From the IMG/VR virus record IMGVR_UViG_3300021400_000095: 64,000 bases of DNA; one strand, 5' to 3'. A program made the translations under genes and the position numbers. Every line of letters begins with the position of its first letter. Position 1 is the first letter of the stretch. Shown here piece after piece: positions 1 through 10,904 of this stretch. Below the pieces are notes generated by a model. It was given only the letters and a program-made list of their open reading frames with translations, was not told the origin of the DNA and ran no database searches. The stretch comes from a virus. Its lineage: Duplodnaviria; Caudoviricetes.

Positions 1-74
1 CACCAAAAAGTGGCATTAAACCAAATCTATCTGCCATAGCATTAATATTTTTAATTTTATTATTTTATTAATTA

Positions 75-485
75 TTAAAATATAATATAAAGTATAAACA
101 AAGTCAAGAAAATTTGAACAAAATGTACAATTTGGTCTTGTACTAGTGTGATTTTTTTCTCATTTGCTTTTAAATCATCTGTGATGTAATGTATCATTGC
201 ATTTGCAATCCAAATACAGAACACTGAAATACCAGCAGTTGGTGTTAAAAATAGTAATGGTAACAATATCATTGCAGACCAAGATAATGAGTGAATTAGC
301 AATGCAATTTTATAATCATTTTTATAAAATTCTTGTTTTTTAAAATCATAATTTCCATTATCATCAATAAAAACATTATCAAACCACCAATCTTTCTGCT
401 TCAATTTGGAAAGGCATATTGGTTGTAGTACAAAGTCATCAACAACATGACATATAAACATTAAGATTAATAATTTCCAAAACAT
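75..485 (-). CDS. DUF3307-like membrane protein
   Basis: HVVDDFVLQ ... LLIH ... HYITD ... DQIVH histidine pattern with hydrophobic helices. Confidence 0.7.
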   Translation of the reverse strand: MFWKLLILMFICHVVDDFVLQPICLSKLKQKDWWFDNVFIDDNGNYDFKKQEFYKNDYKIALLIHSLSWSAMILLPLLFLTPTAGISVFCIWIANAMIHYITDDLKANEKKITLVQDQIVHFVQIFLTLFILYIIF

Positions 486-487
486 AT

Positions 488-628
488 TTAATATATTTTA
501 TCTTTAATATTGTTGTAAACCATGTCAACAGCAGTATCTTCATCACCACCAACAAATTCATCAATCAAATCCCATCCTTGGTCTCTGACTTCAATTAGAG
601 TAAGTCTAATTATTTCTTTTATGTCCAT
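488..628 (-). CDS. small acidic hypothetical protein (46 aa, MDIKEIIRLTLIEVRDQGWD...)
   Basis: ORF read by eye; fills the gap between infA and the DUF3307-like gene on the same strand. Confidence 0.6.
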   Translation of the reverse strand: MDIKEIIRLTLIEVRDQGWDLIDEFVGGDEDTAVDMVYNNIKDKIY

Positions 629-632
629 AATT

Positions 633-851
633 CTAAAGTCTTGCAACAATTCTTCCTCTTGTCAAATCATAGGGTGACATTTCAACCTTTACCTTATCAC
701 CAACAAGTACCTTGATAAAATTTTGTCTCATTTTACCAGATGATTGACATAAAATAACCATACCATTAGTGTCAAGTTGTACTCTGAACATTACATTTGG
801 TAAACTTTCAAGTACAACACCTGTTTGTTCAATTAATTTCTCTTTTGCCAT
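633..851 (-). CDS. infA: translation initiation factor IF-1
   Basis: 72 aa, MAKE..IE..G.V.E.LPN.MFRV.L ... [25 protein letters not shown]; ends in TAG. Confidence 0.95.
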   Translation of the reverse strand: MAKEKLIEQTGVVLESLPNVMFRVQLDTNGMVILCQSSGKMRQNFIKVLVGDKVKVEMSPYDLTRGRIVARL

Positions 852-990
852 ATATTATTTTTCTTCATTAAATATTTTTTTATATATTTCTTTTGCAATG
901 TTAATACATTCTTCAGTGCTTGGTGGTTCATTTTTGCTTTTTAAAAGCATTGCACCAAAATAAATTAAATCATTTTCACTCAACATATAC

Positions 991-2142
991 TTATATAATT
1001 TTCTTTCTTATTTTATCATATGAATCTTCTTCAAAGTTATAGATATCAGCCAATGTAAGACCCTTTGTCACTTGTGGAATTTCAAGTTCTTGTACATTAA
1101 TAGGGTTTTCATCATCATTGAGTTCTTTTGCTTTTTCAGTATAGATAATCTTAAGCAATTCATTAGTTTTTTCAACAGTAAGTGCTTTAAATTCATATTT
1201 ACTTACAAGTCTTCCTTTTCTCATAAGTGCAGAATCAATATCATTAACATCAGCATTGAATGTGCAGATGAATTTAAGGCCCAAATCATCAGCAAGAAGT
1301 CCATCACTCATGTTTAATAATGTTGACACAGCTGATGTTGCACCTGTGCTTTTTCTATCTCTAATTACATTTTCACAATCTTCAAGTATAATTACATGAT
1401 TACTCAAAGTACCTAAGAAACTAGTGAATGATGGTTGACCAAGAAAATTAACAAGGTCAGGTGTTACATAAACAAATTTTTTATTTGGATTTGTTGTTAT
1501 AAGATTTCTAATATAAGTTGTTTTACCTGTTCCCTTCTCACCATGAAGAATTACAAGACCACTTTTATCATTGTCATTAATGAATTTCCTAATCTTTTCA
1601 TCTTCATGTTTAAAATTATCATTATATTGTTTTTCAAGACTGAAATTTTTTACTTCCTTGATTTTTCCTTTCTGTAAAACAAAACCTGTATTTGTTTGTG
1701 CAATTTTATATAAATTGTTCTTTTCTTCTTCAGGTAAAACATAATAATCACTAATGAAATTAATGAAATCCTTTAATGCTTCAATATTTTCATTACCATA
1801 AAGAATATAACTTTCACACACATTCTTTTCAATCCTTGCAAATATGTTCTGTTGAAGAAGTATAATACAAAAACCTACTGTTTCTTCCTGTGTTGATAGA
1901 TTCTTTGTAATATATTCAATATACTCCATCTCATTTGCATTGTACTTTTCCTTCAATTTTTCCAATATTTTAAATGAATCAAAATACATATCATTTTGCT
2001 TTTGAGAATGTGTAAACATATAACAGTTTGGAAAATAGTTGTTTACACTAAAAAATAAATTTTGAAGTGAAAGCCCATCAACTTCTGAATATATTGTAGT
2101 TAATGATTTATTTAACCTTAAGTTATTTAATAATTTGTTCAT
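991..2142 (-). CDS. AAA+ ATPase
   Basis: Walker A GEKGTGKT, Walker B IILEDCE, LLNMSDG, SRH-like IDSALMRKGRL. Confidence 0.85.
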   Translation of the reverse strand: MNKLLNNLRLNKSLTTIYSEVDGLSLQNLFFSVNNYFPNCYMFTHSQKQNDMYFDSFKILEKLKEKYNANEMEYIEYITKNLSTQEETVGFCIILLQQNIFARIEKNVCESYILYGNENIEALKDFINFISDYYVLPEEEKNNLYKIAQTNTGFVLQKGKIKEVKNFSLEKQYNDNFKHEDEKIRKFINDNDKSGLVILHGEKGTGKTTYIRNLITTNPNKKFVYVTPDLVNFLGQPSFTSFLGTLSNHVIILEDCENVIRDRKSTGATSAVSTLLNMSDGLLADDLGLKFICTFNADVNDIDSALMRKGRLVSKYEFKALTVEKTNELLKIIYTEKAKELNDDENPINVQELEIPQVTKGLTLADIYNFEEDSYDKIRKKII

Positions 2143-2227
2143 ATTTTAAATATGTTTTTTGCAAAAATACAAAAAATTGAAATTAAAAACAAAAAAATCA
2201 GCCAATTTCTTGACTGATTTAATTTAC

Positions 2228-2677
2228 TTATTGTGCAACAATTCCACCACCACCACTCATATATCCACTTGACCAAATAAACAATGTACTACTACTACCA
2301 TTAATCCTAAAATATAAATTAAGATATCCTGGTGTTATATCAATGTTTTTTGCTAGATATGGAATTGGCATGTTTGTGCATGATGGATAAAATACATATG
2401 GAACTAAAGCATAATGAACTGTTTGTCTAGAACTAACTTGATAAAGAATCACATCTTCACAATAATTATTTCCAATTACAGCATTGCATAATGCTGGAAG
2501 AGTATCATCATGACTGTTTACTCCAATTTTATTTTCTTTAATATTACTTGTTGTAAATATAGAAGATGATGAATTAAAACAAAATGTAATATTATTTAAA
2601 CTTTGTCTCCCATTATCATATTTACTTATTTTATTTCCAAAACATTTCATATATAATTGCTCTATTTTTTTTATCAA
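2228..2677 (-). CDS. hypothetical protein
   Basis: 149 aa ORF; shares NKIGVNS with the adjacent ORF. Confidence 0.5.
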   Translation of the reverse strand: MIKKIEQLYMKCFGNKISKYDNGRQSLNNITFCFNSSSSIFTTSNIKENKIGVNSHDDTLPALCNAVIGNNYCEDVILYQVSSRQTVHYALVPYVFYPSCTNMPIPYLAKNIDITPGYLNLYFRINGSSSTLFIWSSGYMSGGGGIVAQ

Positions 2678-2685
2678 TTTATTTA

Positions 2686-3087
2686 TTATTTACCAGTTCC
2701 TCCTGAATTATCTGTATATGGACTATCTGTTGTATAATTAAAATATTTACTATTATTATATAATTTAACATATTTATCCTGAAGTGAATAACCATTTAAA
2801 GAAAGATATTCTAAATGATACAAATCCCTAAGATAAAAAGTTCCATATGTTGGTGAAACAAAGGAGTTCATAACATAGTTATCTGCAAAATCCATATCAG
2901 TTGTTTTTCTTGGATAAGTGTTGTTATAGGAATTAACACCAATTTTATTACCAATAAAACAAGCATCAGAAAATATATAACCCTCCATTTTATCAGTATT
3001 GGTATTGTAGAAGAAAACATTACTATTTAAAGCTTGTTTTTCATTCACCATCCATTTATTTATTTTATTGCTGTTACAAAAATCCAT
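2686..3087 (-). CDS. hypothetical protein
   Basis: 133 aa ORF with GNKIGVNS motif. Confidence 0.5.
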   Translation of the reverse strand: MDFCNSNKINKWMVNEKQALNSNVFFYNTNTDKMEGYIFSDACFIGNKIGVNSYNNTYPRKTTDMDFADNYVMNSFVSPTYGTFYLRDLYHLEYLSLNGYSLQDKYVKLYNNSKYFNYTTDSPYTDNSGGTGK

Positions 3088-3112
3088 TGTTAATTTTATG
3101 TTTTTTTAGTTA

Positions 3113-3616
3113 TTATCCTAATTCTTCTTGAACATCACCTTCCCCATAGTTAGGGAAATATCTTGCAAACATAATGTTCTTGAAGTCATAAGGGCAATCA
3201 TTTTCATTTTCATCAATCATTCTATAGATAACACCTTTACCTGAAGAAGATGCCCATTCAAACCTGTCAGTATCATTATCAAGACAATACCATAATTGCC
3301 ATGCTTCAACATTTGAATTTTCAAAATAGCCTTGTGTATCTCTTTCACTATGCATTGCCATTGCTTGCTCTGATAAAGTATTTTCACTTAATGAAAGGAC
3401 AACAACATCAAATGGATGTGTTGCTGCTGTAGTTCCTGACTGTGATGTTGTTGTAACATAATCAGTAATTCTATAATAAGTACCAGGAACAAGATTACCA
3501 CTGTCTCTTGCAGATACAAGGTCAGCATATGTGGTTTCAATCATACCACCACCAATACCACCACCTGTCATATCAAACATTAAACCACCAATTTTAACTT
3601 TTGCAATTTTTGCCAT
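3113..3616 (-). CDS. putative virion fibre-associated protein (possibly N-terminal part only)
   Basis: TYADLV..RDSGNLVPGTYYRITDY ... WYCLDND..RFEWA..GKGVIYRMIDE..NDCPYDFKNI module of the kind seen in Bacteroidetes phage fibre proteins. Confidence 0.55.
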   Translation of the reverse strand: MAKIAKVKIGGLMFDMTGGGIGGGMIETTYADLVSARDSGNLVPGTYYRITDYVTTTSQSGTTAATHPFDVVVLSLSENTLSEQAMAMHSERDTQGYFENSNVEAWQLWYCLDNDTDRFEWASSSGKGVIYRMIDENENDCPYDFKNIMFARYFPNYGEGDVQEELG

Positions 3617-3651
3617 AATTTATATATATTTTTTTTCTTTTTATTTTTCTA

Positions 3652-4200
3652 TTATTTAGTCAAATATAATATGCATTCAACATCATCACCCATATCAGGT
3701 GTTACTTCTTCACCATCAATTGTTCTTACCAAACCCTTATATGGTGTATCATTTGGATTAATTACAAGAACAAGATTATCTTCTTCAAGATATTCTTTAG
3801 AATCACCACTTATTGTATATGTTCCAAAGAAACCACTGAATGATTGTTCCAATTCTGCATCAGTTGCATATTCAGATACATCAAAAGTTTTTGCACTGAA
3901 ATTCTCAACAGGTGTTTCACCATCAATGTGCATTGGATTGTTTTCAAGTTGAAGTTCAAAAAAGATTCTTCTCTTGTCATCATAAAACAATGTATCACCT
4001 GAAATAACAACTGGTCTTGGATTATAATGTACTTTTGATGCACCTGATAGTGAGTCAACTGCTTCCATATCTACTTTGTCTTCAACAAGACACACTGATG
4101 GTAACTCATGGAAGTTCTGTTTATCAGTTAAACCAACATTGTACTCAGTCTCATTTTCTGCAAATGTTTGGTTATTATTGTATAATTTTAAATAAATCAT
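3652..4200 (-). CDS. hypothetical late/virion protein
   Basis: 182 aa acidic ORF downstream of an ACTATTTATA motif. Confidence 0.6.
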   Translation of the reverse strand: MIYLKLYNNNQTFAENETEYNVGLTDKQNFHELPSVCLVEDKVDMEAVDSLSGASKVHYNPRPVVISGDTLFYDDKRRIFFELQLENNPMHIDGETPVENFSAKTFDVSEYATDAELEQSFSGFFGTYTISGDSKEYLEEDNLVLVINPNDTPYKGLVRTIDGEEVTPDMGDDVECILYLTK

Positions 4201-4292
4201 AATCTATTTTTTTTTTATATAAATAGTATGAAAATAACAAAACAAATAGCCAAAAAAACATAATATCATAATTAATTATTTGTTAATTAACT

Positions 4293-4302
4293 ACTATTTA
4301 TT
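4293..4302 (+). promoter_or_regulatory. putative late promoter motif ACTATTTAT (also ~4220-, 7657+, 10141+, 20871-, 22171-, 31360-, 33444-, 42561-, 43627-, 48930+, 54435-)
   Basis: found 15-45 bp upstream of structural/lysis genes, always in the sense orientation. Confidence 0.7.
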
Positions 4303-4317
4303 AGAAAGCTTGGTCAT

Positions 4318-5151
4318 ATGGTTAATATATTTCAGTTAATTATAAACTTTTTAAAAAAAATTTTTTTAAAAAATGAAGATGAAGTCATTGTGAATACTAA
4401 TGACCCTGACATAATAACAGATATTGATAATCAGGAAGATAATCAACAGGAAAACAATGATGAACCTAAACCTGAAATAACAGATAATAATATAAAACCA
4501 ACTGAAACAAATATTGATATGGATAACTATAATGGAAATATTATAATATTGGATAATGGACATGCAAAATCAACACCAGGCAAATGTAGTCCATTATTTG
4601 AAGATGGGACAAGATTCTATGAATATGAGTTTAGTAGAGATATTGTTAAAAGAATTGCTAGTAAACTTGAAGAACTTGGTATAAAATATTATATCATTGT
4701 TCCTGAAATTGAAGAAGATATTGCATTATCAAAAAGAGCAAATAGAGCCAATAAAATTTGTGAACAATTTGGTGCAAACAAATGTATGCTAATATCTGTT
4801 CATGCAAATGCTGCTGGCATGGGTGATAAATGGATGTCAGCAAGAGGTTGGAGTGTTTGGACAACAAGAGGTGTTACTAAATCTGATGCAATTGCAACAA
4901 TGTTCTATGAAGAAGCAGAAAAAATATTACCAAAATATAATATGACATTAAGAAAAGATACAACAGATGGTGACCCTGATTATGAATCAAATTTCACTAT
5001 TATCTATAAAGCACTTTGCCCAGCAATCTTAACAGAAAACCTATTTCAAGACAATAAAACAGATGTCCAATTCTTAATGTCTGATGCTGGAAGAAATGCT
5101 ATTGCTGAAATTCATGTAAATGCAATAAAAAGATTTTGTGGATTAAAATAA
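4318..5151 (+). CDS. N-acetylmuramoyl-L-alanine amidase (Amidase_3), probable endolysin
   Basis: ILDNGH, EYEF, ISVHANA, AILTE zinc/catalytic motifs; acidic N-terminal linker. Confidence 0.9.
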   Translation: MVNIFQLIINFLKKIFLKNEDEVIVNTNDPDIITDIDNQEDNQQENNDEPKPEITDNNIKPTETNIDMDNYNGNIIILDNGHAKSTPGKCSPLFEDGTRFYEYEFSRDIVKRIASKLEELGIKYYIIVPEIEEDIALSKRANRANKICEQFGANKCMLISVHANAAGMGDKWMSARGWSVWTTRGVTKSDAIATMFYEEAEKILPKYNMTLRKDTTDGDPDYESNFTIIYKALCPAILTENLFQDNKTDVQFLMSDAGRNAIAEIHVNAIKRFCGLK

Positions 5152-5213
5152 TCAAATCTATATTTGAATAATAATTTTGCTTAAATAAGCATAAAAAAAA
5201 CATTTTATATAAA

Positions 5214-6758
5214 ATGGCTGTAATTAGAAAAAATGGTATTCAATTAAACAAAAAAAGTAGTGTACTTAACAAAGCACCTGAACCTTCACAACTTCAATAT
5301 GGTGAAATTGCAATCAATTATGCAGCAGGTTCTGAAGCAATCTATATTAAAAATACAAATGATTCAATTGTAAATGTTACTGCTGGTAGTGGTGGTGGAG
5401 GTGGTGGTACTGTTGGTACTTTAACAACCACAGCAAGTACTGCATTATCAACTCAAACATCAGAATCATTATCAAATGCAGTACAACTTCATAAGGTGTC
5501 TAAAACAGGTTCATACAATGATTTAAATAATAAACCTACAATCCCTTCAGCACCAGGCACATTAACAACTACAGCAACAACAGCACAGGCTACTGCAAGC
5601 AATGAGGCATTATCTGGTAATATTGCATTACATAAAGTATCTAAAACAGGTTCATATAATGATTTAAACAATAAACCTACAGCACTTTCTTCATTTACAG
5701 AGGATGCAACACATAGATTAGTTACTGATACTGAAAAATCAACTTGGAATAGTAAAGGAAATGGTACTATTACTGGTATTAATATGAATGGTGCAAGCAA
5801 AGGCACATCAGGTGTTGTTGACCTTGGAACTGTTCTTACTGCTGAAACTCAATTATCTACAGGTACAACAAGTGGTAATGGAAATGCAGTAACAAGTATT
5901 AATGTTTCAAACCATCAAATTTCTTTAGTTAAAGATAAAACATTTACAACATCAGGTGATGTTAAAACTCAAATTGAAGGTTATAATTACTTAACAGGAT
6001 ATACAGAAACAGACCCAACTGTTCCTTCTTGGGCAAAACAAACAAATAAACCAACATATACTGCATCAGAAGTAGGTGCACTTCCAACAGGTACAACCCT
6101 TGATGGTGTTGCTGATGGTACAACAAGAAAACTTTCTGATACAATTACAGCTGTAACATTTAATGGTGCAACAGCAACTAAAACAAATAGAGTTGCTGCA
6201 ATTACAGCAACAATCCCTGCTGCACCAGGCACATTAACAACTACAGCAACAACAGCACAGGCTACTGCAAGTAATGAAGCATTATCTGGTAATATTGCTT
6301 TACATAAGGTATCTAAAACAGGTTCATATAATGATTTAAATAATAAACCTACAATCCCTTCAGCACCAGGCACATTAACAACTACAGCAACAACAAGTTT
6401 ATCTACTGCCACTAATGAGGCATTGTCAGGTAGCATTGCTTTGCATAAAGTTGCTAAAACAGGTTCATATAATGATTTAAATAATACACCTACAATTCCT
6501 ACTGTCAATGATAGTACAATTACAATTCAAAAAGGTGGCACAAATGTAAATTCATTTACAACAAATGCATCTTCAAATAAAACCATTAATATTCCAAATG
6601 AACTTCCAGCATATAGTGCATCAGATAGTGGAAAGGTTCTTTCTATTAATAGTTCTGGCCAGTTAGTTTGGATTACACCAGTTACAATTTATACAGGTAC
6701 TACAGCACCTAATAATTCACAAGGTATTGATGGTGATATTTATTTACAAACATCATAA
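5214..6758 (+). CDS. tail fibre-like protein with internal repeats
   Basis: N-terminal P..SQLQYGEIAINY; four (P)GTLTTTA..LHKV.KTGSYNDLNN.PT repeats; C-terminal GIDGDIYLQ. Confidence 0.75.
   Translation: MAVIRKNGIQLNKKSSVLNKAPEPSQLQYGEIAINYAAGSEAIYIKNTNDSIVNVTAGSGGGGGGTVGTLTTTASTALSTQTSESLSNAVQLHKVSKTGSYNDLNNKPTIPSAPGTLTTTATTAQATASNEALSGNIALHKVSKTGSYNDLNNKPTALSSFTEDATHRLVTDTEKSTWNSKGNGTITGINMNGASKGTSGVVDLGTVLTAETQLSTGTTSGNGNAVTSINVSNHQISLVKDKTFTTSGDVKTQIEGYNYLTGYTETDPTVPSWAKQTNKPTYTASEVGALPTGTTLDGVADGTTRKLSDTITAVTFNGATATKTNRVAAITATIPAAPGTLTTTATTAQATASNEALSGNIALHKVSKTGSYNDLNNKPTIPSAPGTLTTTATTSLSTATNEALSGSIALHKVAKTGSYNDLNNTPTIPTVNDSTITIQKGGTNVNSFTTNASSNKTINIPNELPAYSASDSGKVLSINSSGQLVWITPVTIYTGTTAPNNSQGIDGDIYLQTS
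5410..6500 (+). repeat. intragenic direct repeats (~130-190 bp) in the fibre gene
   Basis: ACAGGTTCATA(T/C)AATGATTTAAA occurs four times; 5549-5680 is nearly identical to 6221-6352. Confidence 0.85.
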
Positions 6759-6791
6759 AATTAATAATAAAATAGAAGATTAATATAGGTT

Positions 6792-6829
6792 ATCCCTTCC
6801 TATTAAAAAGGAAGGGATTTTATTTTTTA
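6792..6829 (+). terminator. intrinsic terminator
   Basis: ATCCCTTCCT / AGGAAGGGAT hairpin followed by a T-tract. Confidence 0.8.
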
Positions 6830-6835
6830 TTTATT

Positions 6836-7684
6836 ATGAGCAGAATTCAAAATTATAGTTTTAGTGGCTATCCTTCAAGTTATGATACAGACATTTCATC
6901 ACAAAATGGAGATAGTTATACAGAAAGGGGTTGTACAGATGTAAGTAGTAGTACATATGCAAGATTTACTGGTTCACAACAAGAAAATAGAACATGGTAT
7001 TACAAATTTAATACAAGCAATATTTCACAGTTTGCTAATATAACTTCAGTATCTTGGAAAGCAAAGGTTACTGTTTCAAAAAATAAAGATACTTGGACAT
7101 TATCACTTTCTAATTTAACTACAAGTGTTGGAGACACACAAACACCTACTAGAGTAAGTACTTATACAACACCTGAAACTAATGGAGGAAATTGGAATGT
7201 AACTGATTTAAATAATTTAAGATTTAAAATTGTTCCAAGTAATAATGTAAATACTAATTATTTTTATGGTGCTGATTTATACATTAATTATTCAATTACA
7301 TGGTATTCTATTTCAACAAATTCATCTGTTGCTGGAACTTCCATTACATCTTCTGCCAGTGAAATTGAGTCAGGTAATAGTATAACATTGACAACAAATG
7401 CAAGTTCATTATCCAATATAAAAATTATAGATAATAATAATGATATTACAAATAATTTTACAGGAAGTAGTGGAAATTATTCTTATACAATATCAAGTAT
7501 TAATTCTGACCATGTAATTTCAGTATCAGAGAAATCAAGTTCATCCAATAGAATTTATCATAAAGAAAATAGTTGGATTGAATATAAAAAAGTATATAAA
7601 AAAAACAACAGTGTGTGGGTAGAACAGCCTATTTCAACAAATTTATTTGATATAGGAACTATTTATTTAAATAACAATATTTAG
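6836..7684 (+). CDS. Ser/Thr-rich virion structural protein
   Basis: beta-rich; paralogous to the next gene (FYGA.L...YS, ..DNN.D.T); ends TAG-TAA. Confidence 0.65.
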   Translation: MSRIQNYSFSGYPSSYDTDISSQNGDSYTERGCTDVSSSTYARFTGSQQENRTWYYKFNTSNISQFANITSVSWKAKVTVSKNKDTWTLSLSNLTTSVGDTQTPTRVSTYTTPETNGGNWNVTDLNNLRFKIVPSNNVNTNYFYGADLYINYSITWYSISTNSSVAGTSITSSASEIESGNSITLTTNASSLSNIKIIDNNNDITNNFTGSSGNYSYTISSINSDHVISVSEKSSSSNRIYHKENSWIEYKKVYKKNNSVWVEQPISTNLFDIGTIYLNNNI

Positions 7685-7692
7685 TAATTTAT

Positions 7693-10164
7693 ATGAGTAG
7701 ACCAATTAGTATAACAAGTGCTGCAACTTTTATTCCTTCATCATTTGATAATGTTAATTCTTCATATGCATCAAATTACAATGATGGCAGTACAGCTGTT
7801 GATGGTATTTACAATGGAAATGTAATAAGTAATGGATATACTGATAGTGGCTCAACAACTAGAGCTGCTTTTTATACAAACACAGGACAATCAGCAGAAA
7901 GTTATTTTTATTATAATTTTGATTGTTCTTCAATACCAGAAAGTGCAACAATAAATTCAGTTTCTTGTGTAGTAAAATGTGGTACACAAGGCACTAATTA
8001 TTATAATATAAGACAAGCACAGTTATGTACTAATACCACACCTAAAGGTAATGCTACAACAATAACAGGAACCAATACTAGCCCATCAACACATTCATTA
8101 ACAACAGGAACTTGGACAAGAGAAGAGTTAGCAAATTGTAAAATTAGAATGTATATAACTAAACTTAGTAGTGGGACAGGAGCAACTGGTTATTCTACAG
8201 TTTCATTTTATGGTGCAAGTTTGAAAGTTGAATATTCTGTTGAAGGTAGCATGTATGATATTAATGCTTCAAGTGATACTGATTTAGCAACAGTTGAACC
8301 TTCATCACAAGAAGTTTTTCAAAATCAAAATGGTATTGTTAAAATTAATGTTGATGATGTTAGCAGCATAATTGTTAAAGATAATAATGTTGATGTAACT
8401 GACCAATTGGTTGCAAAACAAAAAGTTACATCTGGTTCTTCTGAAACAGTATTAGGTGAATACACACTTTTAAGTGGTGGGTTTAATGGTAATGGTGCTA
8501 GTTATTTCCAAGGTCTTGTTGGGAAAGGGGTTACAGGTTCTACTACATCATCAAATTATTATAGTTCAGGTAGTAGAACTATTGCTGGTTTTACATACAA
8601 TTTAATTTTTAACAATATCCCATCAAATGCAACAATTACAAGATTATATTGTCAAGTAAATGGACATGCTGAAAGCACCTCAAATAATAATGAATACATG
8701 TGTGCTCAGTTAATACTTGGTACTACTGCAACAACATTAAGTGAAGAACTTAACTTTAAATCCATTGGTACTAGTAATTCAACACAAACAATAGAAGCAA
8801 CAACATTACCAACAGTTGCACAACTTCCAAATTTGAAATTATATTGTAGATTGGGTTATTATGGTGGTGCAATCAATGGTGCAACATGTTATGTTGAATA
8901 TACTATTCCTGATAGTGGTAATCCATATTATTATGAATATACTGTTACAAATATTACTGAAGACCATGTAATACTTGTAACTGAAAATGTTATTATACCA
9001 CCTGAGGAAGACCCTGATAAGACATATTATCCAATAACAATATCTGCAATTAATGCAACAACAACGCCATCAAAAGGTACAACAAGGGTTGAAAGTGGGA
9101 CAAGTGAAACTATTACTATTACACCATCTGACCCAAAATTAACACTTGCATTAGATAATGGTGTTGATATTACAAATCAGTTGGTGAAACATGGTAATAC
9201 ACCTACTTCAGCAATAACAACAGCACCTGGTGCAACTTATGGTTTTACATTAAATACAACAACAGGATATTATACATCAACAAATCAAGGTATTTCAAGT
9301 TCTGCATCTATTGCAAGAGTTACATTCAATTTTTCTGTTAGATACTTAGTTACTTTTGAATATATTAATTATGCTGAAGCAACATATGATTTTGGTGTGT
9401 TTGGTAAAGTTGATACAACATTATCTACATCAGGTTGGAATTCATCACAAACTGCTGGTGATACTACAACAGATGCAGGTTTAGAACAAATAAGATTAAA
9501 CACTGCATCATATAATACACCAACACCACAAACAATAACATATGAAGTGCCTTCAGGTACACATTATATTGATATTAAATATGGTAAAGATGAAGCAACT
9601 GATTCAAACAATGATAATCTTCAATTTAAGATATTATCAATGGAGCCAGTTGATGTTGATTTATATTATACATATGATTTAAATAATATAAATCAGTCAC
9701 ATTCTTTAATTTTCATTTTTGGTGATGTAACATATTACTTTGTAACATCACAAACAAATACAGATTGTAAATTATATCCAAATGGTCAAACAGTTGCATT
9801 ATTAGGTGATTCATATAAACTTACAATTGTACCATCAAATCTTACTGATACTATTTCAGTAACAGACAATGGTGTAGATGTAACAAATAATATTGAAAGA
9901 AAAGAAATAGAAACAGTTAAAGAAGGTGTCCCAACAATATTTGTCAACTATATATATAAATTAACAAATATTCAAAGTGCACATACAATTAATGTTATTT
10001 CTTCCACTGGTAATGTTTTATATTTAAAGAAAAATCAATATATAACAGTATATAAAGTTTTCAGAAAAGAATATAGTGAAAAAGAAAAACAACATATCTG
10101 GTCAGAACAAGAAATTTCTATTGATTTATTTGATAATAATACTATTTATATTAAACATAACTAA
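7693..10164 (+). CDS. large Ser/Thr-rich virion/fibre structural protein
   Basis: 823 aa; repeated DN(G/N)VD(V/I)T Ig-like modules. Confidence 0.65.
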   Translation: MSRPISITSAATFIPSSFDNVNSSYASNYNDGSTAVDGIYNGNVISNGYTDSGSTTRAAFYTNTGQSAESYFYYNFDCSSIPESATINSVSCVVKCGTQGTNYYNIRQAQLCTNTTPKGNATTITGTNTSPSTHSLTTGTWTREELANCKIRMYITKLSSGTGATGYSTVSFYGASLKVEYSVEGSMYDINASSDTDLATVEPSSQEVFQNQNGIVKINVDDVSSIIVKDNNVDVTDQLVAKQKVTSGSSETVLGEYTLLSGGFNGNGASYFQGLVGKGVTGSTTSSNYYSSGSRTIAGFTYNLIFNNIPSNATITRLYCQVNGHAESTSNNNEYMCAQLILGTTATTLSEELNFKSIGTSNSTQTIEATTLPTVAQLPNLKLYCRLGYYGGAINGATCYVEYTIPDSGNPYYYEYTVTNITEDHVILVTENVIIPPEEDPDKTYYPITISAINATTTPSKGTTRVESGTSETITITPSDPKLTLALDNGVDITNQLVKHGNTPTSAITTAPGATYGFTLNTTTGYYTSTNQGISSSASIARVTFNFSVRYLVTFEYINYAEATYDFGVFGKVDTTLSTSGWNSSQTAGDTTTDAGLEQIRLNTASYNTPTPQTITYEVPSGTHYIDIKYGKDEATDSNNDNLQFKILSMEPVDVDLYYTYDLNNINQSHSLIFIFGDVTYYFVTSQTNTDCKLYPNGQTVALLGDSYKLTIVPSNLTDTISVTDNGVDVTNNIERKEIETVKEGVPTIFVNYIYKLTNIQSAHTINVISSTGNVLYLKKNQYITVYKVFRKEYSEKEKQHIWSEQEISIDLFDNNTIYIKHN

Positions 10165-10181
10165 TTCAAATATATAATATT

Positions 10182-10640
10182 ATGACACAAGTTAAATTAA
10201 ATGAGAAAGCATTACATAAATTAATTGCTGAATCAATTGTTAAAATATTAAAAGAGGAAAGAAGTGAAGATGTTGATAATAAAATTATTGACTTAATTTC
10301 ATTTTTACATAATGCACAAAAACCTGTTAGAGAAATTCATTGGAACACAGATAAATATGCTTTACATATGGTAACAGATGAAAGCATTGGTGAATTATGC
10401 TCATGGGAAGATTCATTGGCTGAGACTTTTATCAGTGGAAAGGATATTAAACTTTTAATTAATGAAACCAAACCATCTTCAAATGAAGATTATAAAGCAA
10501 TTATGGAAGAATTAATTAATTTAGCAAGTGAAATTAAAGAAATGATTTCAGACAATAAGGACTATGATAACATTTGTGCTGTTGTTGATGAAATTTTAGA
10601 AACCTCAAATCAATTAATTTATAAGGCTCAATTAAACTAA
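10182..10640 (+). CDS. ferritin/Dps-like four-helix protein with N-terminal head-targeting-like motif
   Basis: EIHWNT..YALH...DE ... D.LAE; N-terminal VKLNEKALHKLIAESIVKILKE. Confidence 0.6.
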   Translation: MTQVKLNEKALHKLIAESIVKILKEERSEDVDNKIIDLISFLHNAQKPVREIHWNTDKYALHMVTDESIGELCSWEDSLAETFISGKDIKLLINETKPSSNEDYKAIMEELINLASEIKEMISDNKDYDNICAVVDEILETSNQLIYKAQLN

Positions 10641-10649
10641 TATATTGTT

Positions 10650-10904
10650 ATGGAAAAGAAAGTTGTTAATATAAATGAAAAAGAACTTAAATCTATGGTT
10701 GTTGAATGTGTTGCAAAAATTTTAAAAGAAGGTTCAACAAATAGTAAAGTTCTTGAAGCATGGGATGAAATGACAGAACAAGTTGGTGCACAAGCAATGC
10801 TTGATATGGTTTATTCAGCACTTAGTCATGACCAATTAGTAGACCTTATTAAATACTTCAATAGAGTATATGAATTTGGAATTGATATGGATAATATTTA
10901 TTAA
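10650..10904 (+). CDS. hypothetical protein, same N-terminal motif
   Basis: NINEKELKSMVVECVAKILKE. Confidence 0.6.
   Translation: MEKKVVNINEKELKSMVVECVAKILKEGSTNSKVLEAWDEMTEQVGAQAMLDMVYSALSHDQLVDLIKYFNRVYEFGIDMDNIY

Noticed and set aside
991-2142. AAA+ ATPase as the sigma-54 enhancer-binding activator
   Set aside because: No GAFTGA loop; the motifs fit a classical AAA family.
5410-6500. CRISPR or mobile-element repeats in the fibre gene
   Set aside because: The repeats are in frame and encode protein repeats.
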